From an uncultured Chloroflexia bacterium (GTDB taxonomy: Bacteria > Chloroflexota > Limnocylindria > QHBO01), in NCBI GenBank assembly GCA_963720505.1, contig CAVRFT010000003.1, forward strand, positions 863,997 through 927,996: DNA of 64,000 nt. Direction: 5' to 3'. The notes below the pieces were generated by a model. That model ran no database searches, had not been told where the DNA came from, and was given only the letters and a program-made list of their open reading frames with translations. This document shows, in pieces, positions 59,141 to 64,000 of the stretch. A program made the position numbers and the translations under genes. Every line of letters begins with the position of its first letter. The first letter of the stretch is position 1.

Positions 59141-59698
59141 CTAGGCGCGGACCTCGTCCGGCCGCGAGTTGCGGACGACCATTAGCACGCCGGCCAGGAC
59201 GGTCACGCCCAACACGGCCAGGAACCCACCCGCCGCCAGCAGCGCCGGCGATATCCCGATCGCGGCCGTGCCACCGGCGGTGGCCGCGGGGGCGCCACCC
59301 ACGTTGATCGGCTGCGCGCCCATGAGGGTGATCTGCAGGTCATGGCGGACCTGGTAGCTCCACGAGCCATCTGCCGGGAGCGTGACCTCGGCGGACCAAT
59401 GCCCGATCGGGCCGCTCGGGGTCGCGTTGGCGACGATCTGCTGGCCGGTCGCGTCGTTGGTGAAGACGACCTGCGCGGTTCCCCAATCGACCGGGGTCAC
59501 GCCGTGCTGCATCAGGGTGAAGCCCAGGGTGACCGGCTCATTCGGTCCGGCCGGATCATCTGGCGGGGTATCCATCACCGCGTTGGCCCAGCCACCGGCG
59601 AAGGCGGTTGCGGCAAGGAGGAGGCTGAGGATGGAGGCGGTGGAGGCCGCAAGGGCCAGACGACGTCGCATGAGGGCTCTCCGTGTGGCGGTATGCAT
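59141..59698 (-). CDS. Secreted hypothetical protein with a C-terminal TM anchor.
   Basis: Signal peptide LALAASTASILSLLLAATAFA. C-terminal LLAAGGFLAVLGVTVLAGVLMVV. Confidence 0.55.
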   Translation of the reverse strand: MHTATRRALMRRRLALAASTASILSLLLAATAFAGGWANAVMDTPPDDPAGPNEPVTLGFTLMQHGVTPVDWGTAQVVFTNDATGQQIVANATPSGPIGHWSAEVTLPADGSWSYQVRHDLQITLMGAQPINVGGAPAATAGGTAAIGISPALLAAGGFLAVLGVTVLAGVLMVVRNSRPDEVRA

Positions 59699-59700
59699 CT

Positions 59701-61897
59701 CTACACCGCCTCACCGCTGGAGGTTCCGTATTCGGCCGGGAGGTCGACGCCCAGGCCCTCCAGCAGGTGCTGCACGGTCCGGCGATCCCGAGTGAGGAGG
59801 CCGTGCGGCGTCCGCACGCGGTGCCGATCGTCGGGAAGCACGACCAGGTCCAGGTCCTGTCCCCTCGCCTGCAGGGCCGCGGCGAGCCGGATCGAGTGGC
59901 GCAGGTGCACGTTCTCATCGATCGCGCCATGGATGACCAGCACCGATTCCGTTCAGGTCGTCCGCATGGGGCAGGACCGATGAGCGGTCATAGGCGTCCG
60001 GCTCATCGCCTGGGTGACCCAGGTAGCGCTCGATGTAGGCGGTGTCGTAGCCGCGCTGGTCGGTGACCGGGGCGATCGCCACCCCGCAGCGGAAGACATC
60101 GGGCCGCTGGATGACCGACATGAGGGTCATGAAGCCGCCGTAGCTGCCACCGGTGATCGCCACCCGCGACCCGTCGATCTCGCCGGCGGTCGCCAGCTGC
60201 TCCACGGCGGCGCACTGGTCGGCGATCTCGATGCCGCCCAGGTGGCCGGCCAGCGGCGCCTCGAAGGCCAGGCCGCGGTAGTTGGAGCCGCGGTTGTCCA
60301 CCACCAGGACCGCGACGCCGGACTGCGCCAGGTACTGGCGCAGCGGGGAGACCGTCATCTCCCAGGCGTTCTTCACGTACTGCGCGTGCGGGCCGCCATA
60401 CACCCACACCACGCAGGGGGGTGGCATGGCGGCGGGTTCGGTCGGTCGGTAGAGGGCGGCGTCCAGGGATGTGGCGCCGTCGGCAGCCGTCATCGAGCGG
60501 AGCTCCGGCGGGCGGCGGTCGAAGTCAGCGGCCGTGCCGGCGGACTGGTGCACGAGCATAAGCGTGCCCCCGTCGCGATCGCGGACGGTGACCGATGGCG
60601 CGCGCTCCAGGTTCGACCACGTATCGGCCCAGCGCGATCCGTCACGGCTCACCACCGCCGCGTGCCAGCCAGGCTCGGCTGAGCGGCGCCGCGGCGCTCG
60701 TTGCGGCTCGGCTTCGTCCAGTGACACGGCGTAGAGGTGGCGTTCCGTAGGGCCGTCCGCGGTGGCGATGAAGAGCACCTCGCGCCGCGCCTCATCGACG
60801 TGGACGACCTCGGTGATGACCCACGCGCCCTCGGTCAGCTGGCGCACCAGCTCGCCGTTGGGCGCTCGCAGCTCCAGGTGGCGGAAACCGGTGCGCTCGG
60901 TGCTGCGCAGGATGCTGCCGTCGCCGAGCGCGCGGGTCTGCTGGTCGAGGTTCAGCCACGGGTCCGACTCTTCCGTCCAGAGCTCCGTGGCGTGCCCGTC
61001 GGGCTGGACGCGCAGCCAGCGCAGCGATCGCTGGGCCCGCGGCAGGACCGCCACCAGCCAGCTGCCGCCCGCCTCGGGGACCACGCGCGCCAGGTAGTCG
61101 TCCTCGGCCGCGCCCAGGTCGACATCCACGACGCCGCTCCCGGCGATCGTCGCGATCCGCAGCCTGACGTGCGCGTTCGGCCCGCCCGCGAACGGGTAGC
61201 GGTGCTCTTCGTGCTGCGGGGCGGCGGCGCCCAGGTGGGCGATGGTGAAGGTGGGCAGGTGCCGCTCGTCGACGTTCGCGAAGGCAACGTGCCGGCCGTC
61301 ACGACTCCACCACATCCCGTCATGGCGATCGAGCTCCTCGGCCGCCACGAACTCGGCCAGGCCGTTGAAGAGGCCGGGCTCGGCATCATCGGTCAGGCGT
61401 TGTGGCACCGCCTCGCCGTCAAGCGGCGCTGCCCACAGGTCGCCGTCGCGCACGTATGCCACGTGCCGGCCATCCGGCGCGAACGCGGTGGCCGACACGC
61501 CATCCACGCCGGCCAATGGCGTCAGGCCGTCAGCCACCGTCGCGCCGGAACCGACGAACACCTGCCCGCCGACGGGGACCACCAGGGTGGGCCGCTCGGC
61601 GTGGGTGGCCCACGCGAATTCCGTGACACCGAGCTCGCTGGTGCGGGTGCGCTCGCGGCGCAGGTGCTCTTCGTGGCTGAGCGCCGTCTCGTGCTCCGTC
61701 CCGGACTGGGGCCCCAGGATCACGCGTCGCTCCCCGCCGGCCAGGTCATGCCACCACAGCGAACGCACCAGCGAGCCGTCCGTGCTCTGCAGGTAGGTCA
61801 GGGCGGCGCCATCGGGCGTGAAGGCGATTGCGGCGGGAATGTCGGTGCCGGGGAGCGGCAGCTGCCCGAGGCTCGCCAGCGTCAGCGGCGCACGCAT
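59701..61897 (-). CDS. S9 family peptidase (DPP-IV / prolyl-oligopeptidase-like; N-terminal beta-propeller plus alpha/beta hydrolase) with an apparent +1 frameshift near 59940.
   Basis: GGSYGG nucleophile elbow. The C-terminal catalytic His region LVIHGAIDENVH is in a second frame. Confidence 0.75.
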
Positions 61898-61908
61898 CGG
61901 CGGAGCGG

Positions 61909-62418
<510 letters not shown>

Positions 62419-62467
62419 ATCTCCCGCTGGTGCGGATCTGGGATGGCCCGATGCTAGCCCACGCGGG

Positions 62468-63097
62468 TCAATGTTGGATGTCGACCACCAGGCGTGTTGG
62501 ATCGGTCAGGGTCAGCACCCGAGCGCAGGTCGGCTGGTGCAGGCCGATGTACCAGCTGCTCACTGCTTCGAAGTCGCCGGCCTCGACCAGCTCGGCCAGC
62601 GCCGGGAAGTCGGGGGTGAAGTCCGTCTGCCCGTCGTAGGACTCCGTTCCGTCAACGGCGACCCGCGTGCCGCCCTGCATGACAAGCGACCAGAAGGCGG
62701 AGCCCTCCACGTCCATCTCCATGCCGCTCGGATCGGCGAGCAGCGGCGCCGAGGTCTCGTCCAGCGTGAAGGCGGGGATGCCCTCGTCGAACTCGATCAC
62801 CACCCGGTCGTAGCCGTCATGGCTGCCGACCCGCACGTCGGTGATCTGGGCGCGATCGACGGTGCCTGCCCCTTCGATCGGCATCTCGCAGGTGAAGGCG
62901 CCAAGATCGTCCGAGGGTTCCGCCGTGGCGGCCGACGTCGGCGAGGCGCCGGCGGACTCGCTCGGCAGTGCGACGCTTGGTGCGCTCAACGACGGGGAGG
63001 TGCTGCCTCCGGCTGGTGCGCAGGCGGCCAGCGCCATGGCGAGCAGAGCAACTGCAAAGGCGGCCGGGCGGGGCCAGGTGAGGGGGCGGTGATTCAC
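62468..63097 (-). CDS. Hypothetical lipoprotein.
   Basis: Lipobox LAMALAAC followed by a Ser/Pro/Ala-rich linker. Confidence 0.6.
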   Translation of the reverse strand: MNHRPLTWPRPAAFAVALLAMALAACAPAGGSTSPSLSAPSVALPSESAGASPTSAATAEPSDDLGAFTCEMPIEGAGTVDRAQITDVRVGSHDGYDRVVIEFDEGIPAFTLDETSAPLLADPSGMEMDVEGSAFWSLVMQGGTRVAVDGTESYDGQTDFTPDFPALAELVEAGDFEAVSSWYIGLHQPTCARVLTLTDPTRLVVDIQH

Positions 63098-63175
63098 GCG
63101 CGGGCGCTCCTAACACTGAATGGGCGCCGGAATCGTTTCCGGCGCCCCACTGAAACGTCGCGACGCCCGATCCTG

Positions 63176-64000
63176 TTACGCGCCCTCAGCGGCGATGCGC
63201 TCCCGAAGGAGCCGCTGCTCGGCGGGATTGTCGGTCAGGCGCAGCGCCTCCTGGTCGGCGCGACGCGCCTCGTCGAAGCGTCCCAGCCGCCGCAGCAGCT
63301 CGGCCCGGGCCGCGTGGTAGAGGTGGTAGGCGGCCAGTCGCTCGGCCAGCGGCTCGACCTCGGCCATGGCCACCTCCGGCCCGCGCAGCTCGGCCAGCGC
63401 GAGCGCACGGTTGAGCGCCACCACCGGCGTCGGTTGTATCGCGTACAGGCGGTCGTAGAGGGCCAGCACCTCCGTCCAATCGGTGGCCGGGTAGGAAGCG
63501 GCGTCGGCGTGAACCGCCACGATCGCCGCCTGAAGCTGATAGGGCCCGGCGCGTCCGATGCGCAGCGCCCGCTCGACCAGGGCCTCCGCCTCACCAATCG
63601 CGGGTCGATCCCACAGGCCACGATCCTGGTCGGGCAGCAGCACCATGGCGCCGTCGGCGGTGAAGCGGGCCTCGGCGCGCGCCAGGTGCAGCCTCATCAG
63701 CGCCAGCAGGCCCATTGGCTCCGGCTCGTCCGGCATGAGGCGCACCAGCAGCGAGGTCAGCCATTCGGCGTCGCGCGCCAGGTCGCGCCGCTCCGCGGCG
63801 TCACCCGCTGAGGCCAGGTAGCCCTCGTTGAAGATCAGGTACAGGACCGACAGCACCTGCTCCAGGCGCGGCGGCAGCTCGGCCAGGTCGGGCACGCGGT
63901 ACGGGATGCGGGCGTCGCGGATCTTGCGCTTCGCGCGCACCAGGCGCTGCGCGATGGTGGCTTCCGGCACCAGGAACGCGCGTGCCACGGCCGGCGTCTC
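63176..64000 (-). CDS. C-terminal (TPR/DUF6596-like) domain of an ECF sigma-70 factor (COG4941-type). It is partial: the N-terminus lies beyond the window.
   Basis: Sigma-4 region [21 protein letters not shown], then a helical repeat tail. The ORF is still open at position 64000. Confidence 0.65.
   Translation of the reverse strand, partial: ETPAVARAFLVPEATIAQRLVRAKRKIRDARIPYRVPDLAELPPRLEQVLSVLYLIFNEGYLASAGDAAERRDLARDAEWLTSLLVRLMPDEPEPMGLLALMRLHLARAEARFTADGAMVLLPDQDRGLWDRPAIGEAEALVERALRIGRAGPYQLQAAIVAVHADAASYPATDWTEVLALYDRLYAIQPTPVVALNRALALAELRGPEVAMAEVEPLAERLAAYHLYHAARAELLRRLGRFDEARRADQEALRLTDNPAEQRLLRERIAAEGA

Overview
The window is a high-GC (about 70%) chromosomal region of mostly ordinary core and accessory metabolism genes. 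It resembles an actinobacterial or Chloroflexota-like genome: dense ATGA/GTGA gene overlaps, Tat and lipobox signals, and several F420-dependent enzyme families. I see about 70 protein-coding genes and no rRNA, tRNA, CRISPR array, integrase, transposase or phage genes.

Recognisable content:
- two OmpR/HisKA two-component systems
- a RES-Xre toxin-antitoxin pair
- a MarR-regulated DrrAB-like ABC exporter
- tldD/pmbA
- several MFS transporters, including an inverted paralogous pair flanking a two-component system
- a sulfite-oxidase-like Mo-enzyme with an FNR-like partner
- an ECF sigma factor fused to a SnoaL domain, with a STAS protein
- msrA, pfkA, corA, trxA, ppiB, proS, trpB2
- subtilisin, S41, S9 and M1-like HEXXH proteases
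- a REC-TrxR-like fusion with a cNMP-binding histidine kinase
- an SRAP plus P-loop kinase operon
- two LLM-class F420 oxidoreductases and a DUF385 F420 nitroreductase

The dominant technical observation is at least 18 single-nucleotide indel frameshifts, most of them +1 insertions. Well-conserved genes are split across frames, including two breaks in the essential proS. This almost certainly reflects assembly or sequencing error rather than biology. Gene ends near those sites are uncertain.

Candidate regulatory elements:
- perfect palindromic operators next to the MarR, PadR and ArsR regulators
- twin GACGTC-core palindromes upstream of an MFS gene
- a T-box-like, Trp-specific leader with an intrinsic terminator upstream of trpB2
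- a bidirectional terminator hairpin bounded by 22-bp direct repeats

I found no convincing novel defence or mobile system. The most interesting unexplained modules are the SRAP-kinase operon, the REC-TrxR-like/cNMP-kinase pair, and the small W/G-rich membrane protein with an intramembrane-sensing two-component system.
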